DNA from: an uncultured Candidatus Saccharibacteria bacterium
Lineage (GTDB): Bacteria > Patescibacteriota > Saccharimonadia > Saccharimonadales > 2-12-FULL-41-12
Length of the DNA: 64,000 nucleotides
Assembly (NCBI GenBank): GCA_964648105.1
Contig: CAZYMH010000002.1
Coordinates: 54,101-118,100, forward strand
Reading direction: 5' to 3'
The notes under the pieces: generated by a model
What the model saw: the letters and a program-made list of their open reading frames with translations, nothing else
Databases searched by the model: none
What the model was told of the DNA's origin: nothing
Made by a program: the position numbers and the translations under genes
Part shown: in pieces, positions 10,123-19,173 of the stretch
Layout of the letters: every line of letters starts with the position of its first letter
How positions within the stretch are numbered: position 1 is the first letter of the stretch

Positions 10123-11165
10123 TATTCATCCCTCCCAGCTAAGCCTACAGCTACCGCAAAGTGATTAGACAAGGCCATCAGCTCGTTTTGCCGCTCCATC
10201 GGGGCCTGTACATTTCGCCAGGCGTTACCAATTTCGACATTAATATTGAATTTATTAGCAATATACAGCGGAAATTCAGGCAGTGACGATGCTCCACCAG
10301 TCATAATAATCTTGGTTATTGGCACCCCTTTGTAGCGGGCTTGGAAGAATTTTATCGATTTATCGATTTCGGTCATTAAGGTATCGACAGTCGAAATAAT
10401 CGCGTTATAAACCTGACCTTCGAGCTTTTGCTGACTCAAACCAAACTTAAAGACAAATTCTTGAGCCTGTTTTTCATCAATATTGAGGTTTTGGACCGCC
10501 GAGCGAATAATCGACTCCGAACCTATCGGCACCGCCCTGATTAACCGTGGAGCTCCATTCATAACAATTACAATATCTGTAGTTTTGCCACCGATATCTA
10601 TGACCATCTGCGGTTCCATAGATTCCGGGGGGATGATTGCTCGAATCATCGCCAAGTTATCTGGCTCAAATGCAACTACATTTAGCCCAATCGACTCCAA
10701 CAAATCCAGTCTAGACTCAACAAACTCATTCGCCACACTAGACAGCAAGACTTCGACTTTATTAGGATCTTTTGGCGAATCGCCTATCACTTCCCAATCG
10801 ATTTTTGACTCATTTAGCGGAGTTGGGATAATCGAATCTGCTTGGTACTGGATAGTTTTGGCTAGCTCGTTTTGAGTTAATCTTTCTATATCCACCACCA
10901 CTGTAAAAACCCTAGATGAAGGAATCCCAACTGTTACGTTCTTGGTAGTTATTTGAGCTTGAGCAATGGTATTTCTGATTGTTTCGGCAACTTTTTGCCT
11001 ATCTACAGCTGAGTCACTCTGAACTAACTTACTATCGATCGGTGCAATCGCATATTTCATGAGCTGACGAGAGCCAGATTTATTATTGGTAAGTTCGACT
11101 ACACGTAAAGTGTCAGAGCCAATATCAAGGCCAAAAAAGTCAGTCACTCCACTCAAAAATCCCAT
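10122..11165 (-). CDS. pilM: PilM, actin-like ATPase of the T4P alignment complex
   Basis: 347 aa with an FGLDIGSDTLRVVEL phosphate-1-like motif and an IDIGGKTTDI motif, as in the FtsA/PilM family. Confidence 0.85.
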   Translation of the reverse strand: MGFLSGVTDFFGLDIGSDTLRVVELTNNKSGSRQLMKYAIAPIDSKLVQSDSAVDRQKVAETIRNTIAQAQITTKNVTVGIPSSRVFTVVVDIERLTQNELAKTIQYQADSIIPTPLNESKIDWEVIGDSPKDPNKVEVLLSSVANEFVESRLDLLESIGLNVVAFEPDNLAMIRAIIPPESMEPQMVIDIGGKTTDIVIVMNGAPRLIRAVPIGSESIIRSAVQNLNIDEKQAQEFVFKFGLSQQKLEGQVYNAIISTVDTLMTEIDKSIKFFQARYKGVPITKIIMTGGASSLPEFPLYIANKFNINVEIGNAWRNVQAPMERQNELMALSNHFAVAVGLAGRDE

Positions 11166-11247
11166 TATTTTACTTGGTCTTTCTTTTTATTTACGGTTTT
11201 AATCATCTTAGTTATTAACCCACTCATTAATACTTTTACTTATCTGC

Positions 11248-11256
11248 AGTATACCA
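11248..11256 (-). promoter_or_regulatory. candidate extended -10 promoter for pilM operon
   Basis: Minus strand reads TGgTATACT in the 115-nt gap between the 1038-aa gene and pilM. Confidence 0.3.
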
Positions 11257-11280
11257 TAAGCAATTTCATTCTCCAACACC

Positions 11281-14200
11281 TTATAGTACTGGCGGCAAAG
11301 TTCCAATGAACTTGTAATCATCAGAGCTTGGGCCTGTAGTTTCAGCATCAGAGCGGTTGGCTTCTGGTAAGTATAAGTATGGAGGCCAGATAAATACTTC
11401 TGAGGCGTTTGTACTATTATAATACTCATCTATAGAGCCATCGTTGGCAGTATTTATAGAACTAATAGTACCCGTGTTCTTTATGCGGTCCAAAAAGACT
11501 CTTTTGGCAGTAAAGTTGCCATAGACTTTTAGTTGGTTTTTGCAGGTGTTGGCATAGCTAAGTATTGATGGTCCATTTGTACCAAAGCTAACTTTGTTGT
11601 TGCCTAAGGCACAGGTATATATCTCACCTCTTGTACCATCATCATTTGGCTGAGCCACAAATACACCGTTTAGCTCAGTTATACCAGCATCGACATAAAT
11701 ATTACCTTTTACATATAGTCTGAAGGCTGGTGGTTTATTAGAGTCAAAGCTGTTTGAAGTTATGTTGCTACTTAAAGTAACATTGCCTTCTACAAACACA
11801 CTGACACTTTTACTACCTAAATCTCCGCCGTTTATTGTTAAATCTCCAAAAGATTTATACTGTTTTGCATCTTCTAGATTAGCAATATTTAATGTATTAG
11901 TAACGGGGGTAGGCTGAGGAGAAGTTCTTTGTTTGGTTGTGAAGTAATCTTCTTGACAACCATTAATACTATAGCCACCACCAATTTTCTGATCGGCAGC
12001 CAAAGGACCTGTCAAAGGTACGCCTCCAAAACTTAGACCATTGGGCTTAGGTGCTGGGTTAGTATTTTTGACAGAGCTAAGAAATCCAAATATACCACCT
12101 GGGGCAAATGTTGCTAACTGTGAGCCAGACCCAGCATTGGCACTTGAGATATATGCCTTAACATTAGCCCCAGCACTGACGCCACACGTTCCGTTAGCTT
12201 TAGCAAAACCTAAGCCTGCTACAGTATCGCCTGAGAAGGTTTTGATGAAAGGATCTCTAAATACGTCATCTACATTATATGCTGTATCGCATCCATATCC
12301 ATATGGCACCTGATTGCCGTCGACATATATCATGAATAAGAAGCTACCTTTAGCGTCTGCTATGACATTCATTATCCCATCCAATACGCTATTTCCTGGA
12401 CTTAAAGTACCACTTTTATCTAGTGTTGCTGGTCTTAAACCAGGCTTTGTATTTACTATCATTCTTGAACCATAAGTGGTGTCTGTACTATTAGTAAATT
12501 CTGCCCTAACAGTAGTAGGCGTAGGTTGTCCAGCTCTGTAACTCGTCTGGGTTACGCTACAAACTACATTCAAACATTTTTCATTCATATAAGCTGAGCC
12601 TATCCAAATATTGTCTACTCCGTCACTACTTTTTGCCCATATCTCATAAGTTCTTTGCTCGTATGGCATAATTGGCTGACTATAACCATTGAATGCACTA
12701 GTTTGATTCACCCCTGCTGCTACATCTTTGGTTGCTCCGCTTGCATTTACTGTATACGGTGCAGAACCACCACTATATTGCCATCCTACATTAGCAAATA
12801 CTCCGTTGCATGATACTGTGACATTCCCTACTGGATTATCGAAAACTGTATATTCGATACCGCAAACTACGCCACCTTCTATGTTGACAAAGCTCCCATC
12901 TAGCTTATCTAGCCATACCAAGTAGAAATTATAGGTTTTTAAACCTAAGCTACTAGTATCAACATTTATTGTTGTTTCGCCGCCAGTTTGATTTGGGTTT
13001 AAAGTTGGCTGATTACCGCCATTACCGTACTTTTGAATATATCCTGCATACGGACTAGGGTTATTCATGGTAAGGAAAGCAGTAATTCTCCATGGACTAA
13101 CAGATTTATTGGTTGTACCCGCCCATATAGTATTTGAACCATTAGTTACCTGCACTGTGAATGAAGCCTGACTACCATAGGGAATACGAGTGCCAATACT
13201 TGGATTAGTAGGCTTTAACACACATGTAGACGTACCGCCAGAAGTGACTGTTTTAACACAATCACCATTTGCCTTTCTTGTGTAGCCTGGGGGTACAGAA
13301 TTTTGTGGCTTAGAATCTGGTACGCCATCAATATATGGACAAACATCCGTTACCCCGCCACAGTTTATGGCTTGATTTCTTTTTGCCGCAAACTGAGATA
13401 ATCCGTTTGGTAATTTTACCTTCAAGGTATTACGAGTGCCTAAATTTTCGAATGTGACCATATATCTAGTGTTTGCTGAATAGGTCATATCACCAAACCC
13501 GCCAATGTTTGGAATAGCCCACCCTTTTTGTGAAAAAGTCCCAAAATTATTCCAGGCATTGGGATTTGAAGGAGAACTTGTTATAGACTGTTGCCATATC
13601 CGAAAAACCATATTATCGTTCCAATCAGTTCTATCTGGATCTGAATCAAACCATTTCACTGGTCCTGACGAAGTTCTAGGCTGAGAATTTACACACGTAG
13701 AGTCAGCAACTGTAAATTGTATATTAAACCCCCAAGTTGCTCCTAAGTTAATGTTTTCATCTCTATAACCATAGCCAATCGCATCACCAAAATCTCCATT
13801 TACACCTACGGAAATACTTGGATCACTAGCTTCTACCCTAAATGCGTTTTCTCTGTCGTCACCTCCTATGCTAATTGATGTGTCTAGATAGTAAACACAA
13901 TAAGCACTACTTCCATTAATAATTTCGTCGGAATTCTTACAATAATCGGAATTTCTTATTGAGTTAAAATTTATTTGTCCACAACCACTACCTGGATTTC
14001 TTATTTCATTGTAGCTTTTTGAAGACATTGAATATAGATGATAAGTTGTAGCAGCCCCACCAAAGTCTGGTCCAGTTAAACTGCCACTAGTTACACTTGT
14101 ACAGTCGAATCCAGAATTCTTTATGTATATATTAAAACTACTAACATTAATAGGGACAGCTATTGAAATATATGACGAGGCATAATTATATCCCCCTTGC

Positions 14201-14397
14201 CCCACTGTATAGTAAGGAGTGATTGTTTTACCCGGATTTAATATACCACTGCCTGAAGTTGGCCCAACGTTATTAATTGAGCTTGATATAGGAACTGCCG
14301 CACTTGCATTTTTTGGATAAAAAATAAAAAAAGCTGCGGTAAAAATCGTTATTAGCAAGAAAAGTGCATAGTAAGCTTTTTTACGAATTAAATTCAT
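11281..14397 (-). CDS. 1038-aa secreted/surface protein, multi beta-sandwich regions plus C-terminal beta-helix-like repeats (function unknown; candidate adhesin)
   Basis: Signal peptide MNLIRKKAYYALFLLITIFTAAFFIFYPKNASA/AV. Composition is G/N/S/T-rich with about 30 Cys that often occur in nearby pairs. Segments such as TCVLKPTNPSIG...FTVQVTNGSN and VVCSVTQTSY...AEFTNSTD look Ig/CARDB-like. The C-terminal part (NVTLSSNITS..FRLYVKGNIYVDAGITELNGVFVAQ) looks like a parallel beta-helix. The start overlaps the upstream stop as ATGA. Confidence 0.6.
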   Translation of the reverse strand: MNLIRKKAYYALFLLITIFTAAFFIFYPKNASAAVPISSSINNVGPTSGSGILNPGKTITPYYTVGQGGYNYASSYISIAVPINVSSFNIYIKNSGFDCTSVTSGSLTGPDFGGAATTYHLYSMSSKSYNEIRNPGSGCGQINFNSIRNSDYCKNSDEIINGSSAYCVYYLDTSISIGGDDRENAFRVEASDPSISVGVNGDFGDAIGYGYRDENINLGATWGFNIQFTVADSTCVNSQPRTSSGPVKWFDSDPDRTDWNDNMVFRIWQQSITSSPSNPNAWNNFGTFSQKGWAIPNIGGFGDMTYSANTRYMVTFENLGTRNTLKVKLPNGLSQFAAKRNQAINCGGVTDVCPYIDGVPDSKPQNSVPPGYTRKANGDCVKTVTSGGTSTCVLKPTNPSIGTRIPYGSQASFTVQVTNGSNTIWAGTTNKSVSPWRITAFLTMNNPSPYAGYIQKYGNGGNQPTLNPNQTGGETTINVDTSSLGLKTYNFYLVWLDKLDGSFVNIEGGVVCGIEYTVFDNPVGNVTVSCNGVFANVGWQYSGGSAPYTVNASGATKDVAAGVNQTSAFNGYSQPIMPYEQRTYEIWAKSSDGVDNIWIGSAYMNEKCLNVVCSVTQTSYRAGQPTPTTVRAEFTNSTDTTYGSRMIVNTKPGLRPATLDKSGTLSPGNSVLDGIMNVIADAKGSFLFMIYVDGNQVPYGYGCDTAYNVDDVFRDPFIKTFSGDTVAGLGFAKANGTCGVSAGANVKAYISSANAGSGSQLATFAPGGIFGFLSSVKNTNPAPKPNGLSFGGVPLTGPLAADQKIGGGYSINGCQEDYFTTKQRTSPQPTPVTNTLNIANLEDAKQYKSFGDLTINGGDLGSKSVSVFVEGNVTLSSNITSNSFDSNKPPAFRLYVKGNIYVDAGITELNGVFVAQPNDDGTRGEIYTCALGNNKVSFGTNGPSILSYANTCKNQLKVYGNFTAKRVFLDRIKNTGTISSINTANDGSIDEYYNSTNASEVFIWPPYLYLPEANRSDAETTGPSSDDYKFIGTLPPVL

Positions 14398-14981
14398 AGC
14401 TTCTCGACCTGCTGTTTTAATATTTCAATAGAATTTTTAGGTTCAAAATTAACATCTTTATAATTAATAATTGCCTGATTAAAATTATTTTTTGCAGAAG
14501 TTTTATCATCTAATTTTAAATCTAAATAGGCTTGATCTTTATAAATAAACCATGGTATTGGTGATTTTTTACTTATTCTAAATGAACAGTTACTTAAACT
14601 ATCTTTAGCATCTTTGAATTTTGATACAACATAATATTGTGAGGCAATCGTACTACACATTTGGTAAGCACGTTCAAAGTCATTTTGTTTAACGTAATTA
14701 TCAACTTGCTTTGTGTAAAATTGATCAAATTCATTGGCAGTAATTCTAGGAGCAAGCTCGTTATTTCTTTTATCCTGAACAGATGTAGTCGGTTTTTTGG
14801 CAGAATCCTCATTTTTGATAAAAAATACCCATCCAGCTATTACAATTAAAACAAAAGAAAATAACACTACAGCTTTTAAAAATCTTTTATTTTTAGTATA
14901 GCCATGTTGCTTAGGTTTAATACTCAGTAGATCTTTTTTTTGAGTTTCGTGATTTAAGTTTTTATTTGATGTGTCTAACAT
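14394..14981 (-). CDS. membrane-anchored helical-repeat (TPR-like) protein
   Basis: A basic N-terminus precedes the TM helix AVVLFSFVLIVIAGWVFFI. The ectodomain has TPR-like helical hairpins (DFERAYQMCSTIASQYY, KDQAYLDLKLDDKTSAKNNFNQAIINYK). The stop overlaps the start of the 1038-aa gene. Confidence 0.5.
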   Translation of the reverse strand: MLDTSNKNLNHETQKKDLLSIKPKQHGYTKNKRFLKAVVLFSFVLIVIAGWVFFIKNEDSAKKPTTSVQDKRNNELAPRITANEFDQFYTKQVDNYVKQNDFERAYQMCSTIASQYYVVSKFKDAKDSLSNCSFRISKKSPIPWFIYKDQAYLDLKLDDKTSAKNNFNQAIINYKDVNFEPKNSIEILKQQVEKL

Positions 14982-15088
14982 CTAGTTACTCCACCGCTTT
15001 CAAAAAGCGTTTATGCTTATCTAGTGTTTAGATTACTACGTATTAGGGTAGTTTTGCAAGTATTGACGTATATTTAAATATGCAATAA

Positions 15089-16348
15089 TTATCTTAAGGA
15101 TTTTGACTTAGAGTATACAGATTTATCTATACAATTTTTAAGTGTGCCTATTGGGGCGTAATATGTAGCTGATATTGTTTTGTTTGTTTTTACTTTGAGC
15201 GGTATATTCCATGGACGATTGTTAGAAATTACTCTTGTTTGGTCGAAATATACTCTTGAGCCTATTTTGCGTGAAGCTTTTGGTAGTGGTCCTGTGAATT
15301 TTGTATCTTTAGGGAGATTAACCATTACTCTTGCGGCTTTGGCTCTTTCAGATGCTTTGGTAGATGCCCCATTGCCGTTTGGTGATACAGTTTGGCTAGG
15401 TGCAGGCTTTATTTGCATAGTATAACCTTTGCCATTTGCTTGTTTAGTCATTTTAAAGGTGGGTGGTATGGAGCAACTTTTAGGAACACTTGGGTTTACT
15501 GGTGCAGTATCTCCTAATGCAGTTGAATTATTGCCAATAGTTACTGGATAGTCGTAACCAATGAGTTTTTTGGCCAAGCCAGGTTGATTTGATAGAACAA
15601 AAACATTTGACAAATCTCGATGTGAATTCACACCTAACATCACCCTATACTTGTTTGTTGCTTCATTATTACCATTATTAACATCATCATCAACTCTTAG
15701 GTTCATTGTCTCGGTATTATAAAGTGACTGTATTGGTAATGAACTAATATCTATACCAAATGGTTTACGCTCGCCTGGAGCAATAGATGGCAGTGGACAC
15801 GTTGATATGAGTGGATTTGACGAGTCTGAAGTGCATGGTACCTGTTTATATTCTGACCCATCATATAAATAAATTGATGTTACAGCACTACCTATGCCTC
15901 TTGTGACCGTTGCATACCTTTGACCAGCCTCATTAGAGGCAATTGAGCCGTTATTTTGTATATCAAATCTTACTGTACCTGCATACTGAGTATTTGAACA
16001 AGTTTCCTTACTCTCGCCCTTTCCTCCTAATGGACTTTCTGTCCCAAACACTTGCAAATCAACACCCTCTACTCTTGGGCTGGTTGTGTCAAATGGCCCA
16101 AAAAGCTCTGGCGAGAGCATTTGTGGCACTGGTATAGTAGGGCATGGATCAACAAATGTAGTTCTAGCATCTGCCCTTTCAGGCTTTACTAGATTATAGC
16201 CACCTACTACAGATACACTAGCGACTAATAACGCTGTACTTGTACGACCAAAATGTTCCATATTTGGTTTTGGGGCTGGCGGTAATTCTCCTAAGCCCAT
16301 TTCTGGATTGTATTGTCCTATATATTGTTCAAAACTTGGTTGATTCAT
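15089..16348 (-). CDS. membrane-anchored surface protein with CARDB-like beta-sandwich
   Basis: TM helix TSTALLVASVSVVGGY lies near residue 40. The segment TVRFDIQNNGS...PGERKPFGIDISS...NLRVDDDVNNGNNEATNKY resembles the CARDB pattern (N.G ... pG ... vD..n.v.E..E.NN). A GAGG SD sits 9 nt upstream. Confidence 0.5.
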   Translation of the reverse strand: MNQPSFEQYIGQYNPEMGLGELPPAPKPNMEHFGRTSTALLVASVSVVGGYNLVKPERADARTTFVDPCPTIPVPQMLSPELFGPFDTTSPRVEGVDLQVFGTESPLGGKGESKETCSNTQYAGTVRFDIQNNGSIASNEAGQRYATVTRGIGSAVTSIYLYDGSEYKQVPCTSDSSNPLISTCPLPSIAPGERKPFGIDISSLPIQSLYNTETMNLRVDDDVNNGNNEATNKYRVMLGVNSHRDLSNVFVLSNQPGLAKKLIGYDYPVTIGNNSTALGDTAPVNPSVPKSCSIPPTFKMTKQANGKGYTMQIKPAPSQTVSPNGNGASTKASERAKAARVMVNLPKDTKFTGPLPKASRKIGSRVYFDQTRVISNNRPWNIPLKVKTNKTISATYYAPIGTLKNCIDKSVYSKSKSLR

Positions 16349-16513
16349 AAATCTGCCTCACAAATTAAAGTATTTATAGCTAATATATACCATTGTTTGT
16401 GAGATTATGCAAGCATAAATAGTGTCTAATGTGACATTTATCACGCTAAATGTGCTTTCCACTCAAAATTTATTAGAGCTTACATACAAAAAATTTAATT
16501 TTCTACCTCTGAT

Positions 16514-16522
16514 TGCTATAAT
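16514..16522 (+). promoter_or_regulatory. extended -10 promoter of ychF (near-leaderless)
   Basis: TGcTATAAT ends 8 nt before the ychF ATG, and no SD is present. Confidence 0.5.
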
Positions 16523-16530
16523 TAATATAT

Positions 16531-17610
16531 ATGAGTTTAGGTATAGCGATTGTTGGATTGCCGAATGTTGGCAAAAGTACACTTTTTAATGCCCTGACTG
16601 GCAGTAATATTCTGGCGGCCAACTACCCTTTTGCAACAATTGAGCCAAATACAGGTATTGTGCCAGTGCCAGATAACCGCCTCGAAAGACTGGCAGAAAT
16701 TTACAAATCTAACAAAATTATCCCTGCCACAGTGACCTTTGTAGATGTGGCTGGCTTGGTAGCTGGAGCTAGTAGTGGTGAAGGCTTGGGTAACCAATTT
16801 TTGAGTCATATCCGTAGTTGCAATGCAATTTGTCAAGTTGTTCGGGCTTTTGAAGATAATGATGTTGTGCATGTAGACAACCAAATTAACCCTAAAAATG
16901 ATATAGATATTATCAATACCGAATTAATCTTGGCAGACCTCCAAACTATCGAAAAACGCTTGCCTCGCACCGAGAAAGAAGTCAGGGCCAACCCTAAACT
17001 CAAGCCCGTCCTCGAAAATTTACTAAAAGCTAAACAGATTTTAGATAATGGCCAACCAATTTACCATAACCATCAAGACCTAGATTTGGATATTTTGGCC
17101 GATCTTCATTTGCTGACCGGCAAACCAATGATTTATTTATTTAATATCGATGAACCTACACTTACCAATTCGGCCCGCCAGCAAGAGCTAGCTAGCATAG
17201 TTGGCGACGCCAAAGCAATTTTTGTTTGTGCCAAGCTAGAAAGCGAGCTAGCTGGACTCAACCCCGAAGAAGCAGCCGAGCTACTACAGACATATAGTGT
17301 TGATGAATCTGGCCTAAACAAGCTTATTCATTCTGCCTACGACATTCTGGGCTTACAAAGTTACCTAACCGCAGGCGAAAAAGAAGTTCGGGCTTGGACT
17401 ATTCACCAAGGTGACACCGCCCCCCAAGCGGCTGGCGTAATTCATACTGATTTTGAGCGAGGTTTTATTGCTGCTCAAGTAGTAACTTACGATGATCTCC
17501 TAGCCGCTGGTTCCGAGCAATCGGCAAAAGCCCTAGGCAAAGTTCGCACCGAAGGTAAAACCTACGTTATGCAAGAAGGTGATGTCGTCGAATTCAGATT
17601 TAATGTATAA
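16531..17610 (+). CDS. ychF: ribosome-binding ATPase YchF
   Basis: G1 motif GLPNVGKSTLFNALT, followed by NYPFATIEPN and a C-terminal TGS-like GKTYVMQEGDVVEFRFNV. Confidence 0.95.
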   Translation: MSLGIAIVGLPNVGKSTLFNALTGSNILAANYPFATIEPNTGIVPVPDNRLERLAEIYKSNKIIPATVTFVDVAGLVAGASSGEGLGNQFLSHIRSCNAICQVVRAFEDNDVVHVDNQINPKNDIDIINTELILADLQTIEKRLPRTEKEVRANPKLKPVLENLLKAKQILDNGQPIYHNHQDLDLDILADLHLLTGKPMIYLFNIDEPTLTNSARQQELASIVGDAKAIFVCAKLESELAGLNPEEAAELLQTYSVDESGLNKLIHSAYDILGLQSYLTAGEKEVRAWTIHQGDTAPQAAGVIHTDFERGFIAAQVVTYDDLLAAGSEQSAKALGKVRTEGKTYVMQEGDVVEFRFNV

Positions 17611-17624
17611 TCTGTATCAGCACA

Positions 17625-18401
17625 ATGAGGAAACAATCAAATAATTCTAATATTCTAGCTCTCGACGCCCAAAAACTAGGAAAAACCTATTCAGACGGCA
17701 CTAAAGCTCTGCAAAAAGTTGATTTACAAATCAAAAAAGGTTCTTTTTTTGGTTTACTAGGGCCAAATGGTGCTGGTAAATCAACACTTATTCATAGTCT
17801 TGTTGGCTTATCCAAACCTACATCAGGCAAGGCTTACGTCTTTGGCCAAGATGTAGTGAATGACTATAAGCAAGCTCGCTCACATATCGGTTTTGCCCCG
17901 CAAGATGTCAACCTTGACTGGTTTTTGACCGTCGAGGAAACACTCGACTATCACGGCGGTTACTTTAGTATGCCGAAAGCCGAGCGACAAGCACGTACCG
18001 AAGAATTATTAGATATTTTTTCGCTCAAAGATAAACGCAAAGCCAATACTCGTATGCTGTCGGGTGGTATGAAGCGACGTTTAGTCATCGCCAGAGCCTT
18101 AATGCATAGCCCCGATTTGTTGATATTAGACGAGCCGACCGCTGGAGTTGATGTCGAGCTTCGCTTAGAGCTATGGAAGTACATCTCCAAAATCAACAAA
18201 GCTGGTACGTCTGTGCTGCTTACTACTCATTATATCGAAGAAGCCGAACAATTATGCGACCAAATAGCTTTGATTAACAAGGGCAAAATTATCAAAACTG
18301 GCACATCTGACCAACTTAAAAAGGCCTACAACAAAAAAACTCTCGAAGATGTCTACCTTGAGCTAGTCGGCCGTGGTGAGCTAACAAGGAGTACCAAATG
18401 A
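17625..18401 (+). CDS. ABC transporter ATP-binding protein (ABC-2/DrrA-like)
   Basis: Walker A GPNGAGKST, signature LSGGMKRRL and Walker B LLILDEPT. Confidence 0.9.
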   Translation: MRKQSNNSNILALDAQKLGKTYSDGTKALQKVDLQIKKGSFFGLLGPNGAGKSTLIHSLVGLSKPTSGKAYVFGQDVVNDYKQARSHIGFAPQDVNLDWFLTVEETLDYHGGYFSMPKAERQARTEELLDIFSLKDKRKANTRMLSGGMKRRLVIARALMHSPDLLILDEPTAGVDVELRLELWKYISKINKAGTSVLLTTHYIEEAEQLCDQIALINKGKIIKTGTSDQLKKAYNKKTLEDVYLELVGRGELTRSTK

Positions 18402-19168
18402 AATCTGATTTTATGCCCTTTTGGACCGTATTACGCCGTGAATTAGCAAGGTTTTGGAGTATTAAACGCCAAACTATCCTAGGACCTTTGCTGGAGACAT
18501 TTTTGTATATCAGTATCTTCGGTGCAGCATTGGGTTCGAGGATAAATTCCCTCGACGGCCACCCATATATTGTTTATATAATTCCGGGCCTTTTGATGAT
18601 GAGTTTTGCTATGAATGTCTTCTCTAATAATGCTTCTTCACTAATGCAACAAAAAATTCAACGCTCTATTGATGATCAGCTAACCTCGCCGATCAACAAT
18701 ACCCAGTTATTTATGGCCTATGCCTTTGGAGGAATTATTCGAGCCTCAATTATTGCTAGCATAATCATGGCCACTTCGTATGTCATGATTAAAGAACTCC
18801 CACTTGTCCACCCATTTCTATTTATACTAAGTCTAGCTTTTATTGGCTTCTTTTTTGCTATGCTAGGAGTTTTTGTAGGTTTAAGAAGCGAAAAATTCGA
18901 CGACCTAAGCCTGTATCAGACTTTTATTTTGCAACCGCTTATCTTCTTGGGCGGAATTTTTTATTCAGTGTCTTTACTACCTCATCTGTTCGCGACGCTG
19001 ACCAAATTTAACCCAATTTACTACATGATTAATATGGTCAGGTATTCGATGCTTGGCAAAGCTGATATCCATATGACTACAGCTTTGTTAGTAGTTGGCC
19101 TAGCTGGTTTAGTACTGTTTTATGTGAATTATTCGCTATTTAATAGCGGCTACAAATTACGTTCGTAA
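18398..19168 (+). CDS. ABC-2 type transporter permease
   Basis: A six-TM protein whose start overlaps the ATPase stop by 4 nt, with ABC-2-typical size and topology. Confidence 0.8.
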   Translation: MKSDFMPFWTVLRRELARFWSIKRQTILGPLLETFLYISIFGAALGSRINSLDGHPYIVYIIPGLLMMSFAMNVFSNNASSLMQQKIQRSIDDQLTSPINNTQLFMAYAFGGIIRASIIASIIMATSYVMIKELPLVHPFLFILSLAFIGFFFAMLGVFVGLRSEKFDDLSLYQTFILQPLIFLGGIFYSVSLLPHLFATLTKFNPIYYMINMVRYSMLGKADIHMTTALLVVGLAGLVLFYVNYSLFNSGYKLRS

Positions 19169-19173
19169 GGCTA

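Noticed and set aside
10483-10875. 130-aa plus-strand ORF
   Set aside because: It is antisense to the conserved pilM. It is Ser/Ile-rich, as expected for the mirror frame of a coding region.
11208-11429. 73-aa minus-strand ORF overlapping the end of the 1038-aa gene and the pilM upstream spacer
   Set aside because: It overlaps the 3' end of the giant gene by 149 nt out of frame. It has no SD and contains the candidate pilM promoter. It is probably spurious.
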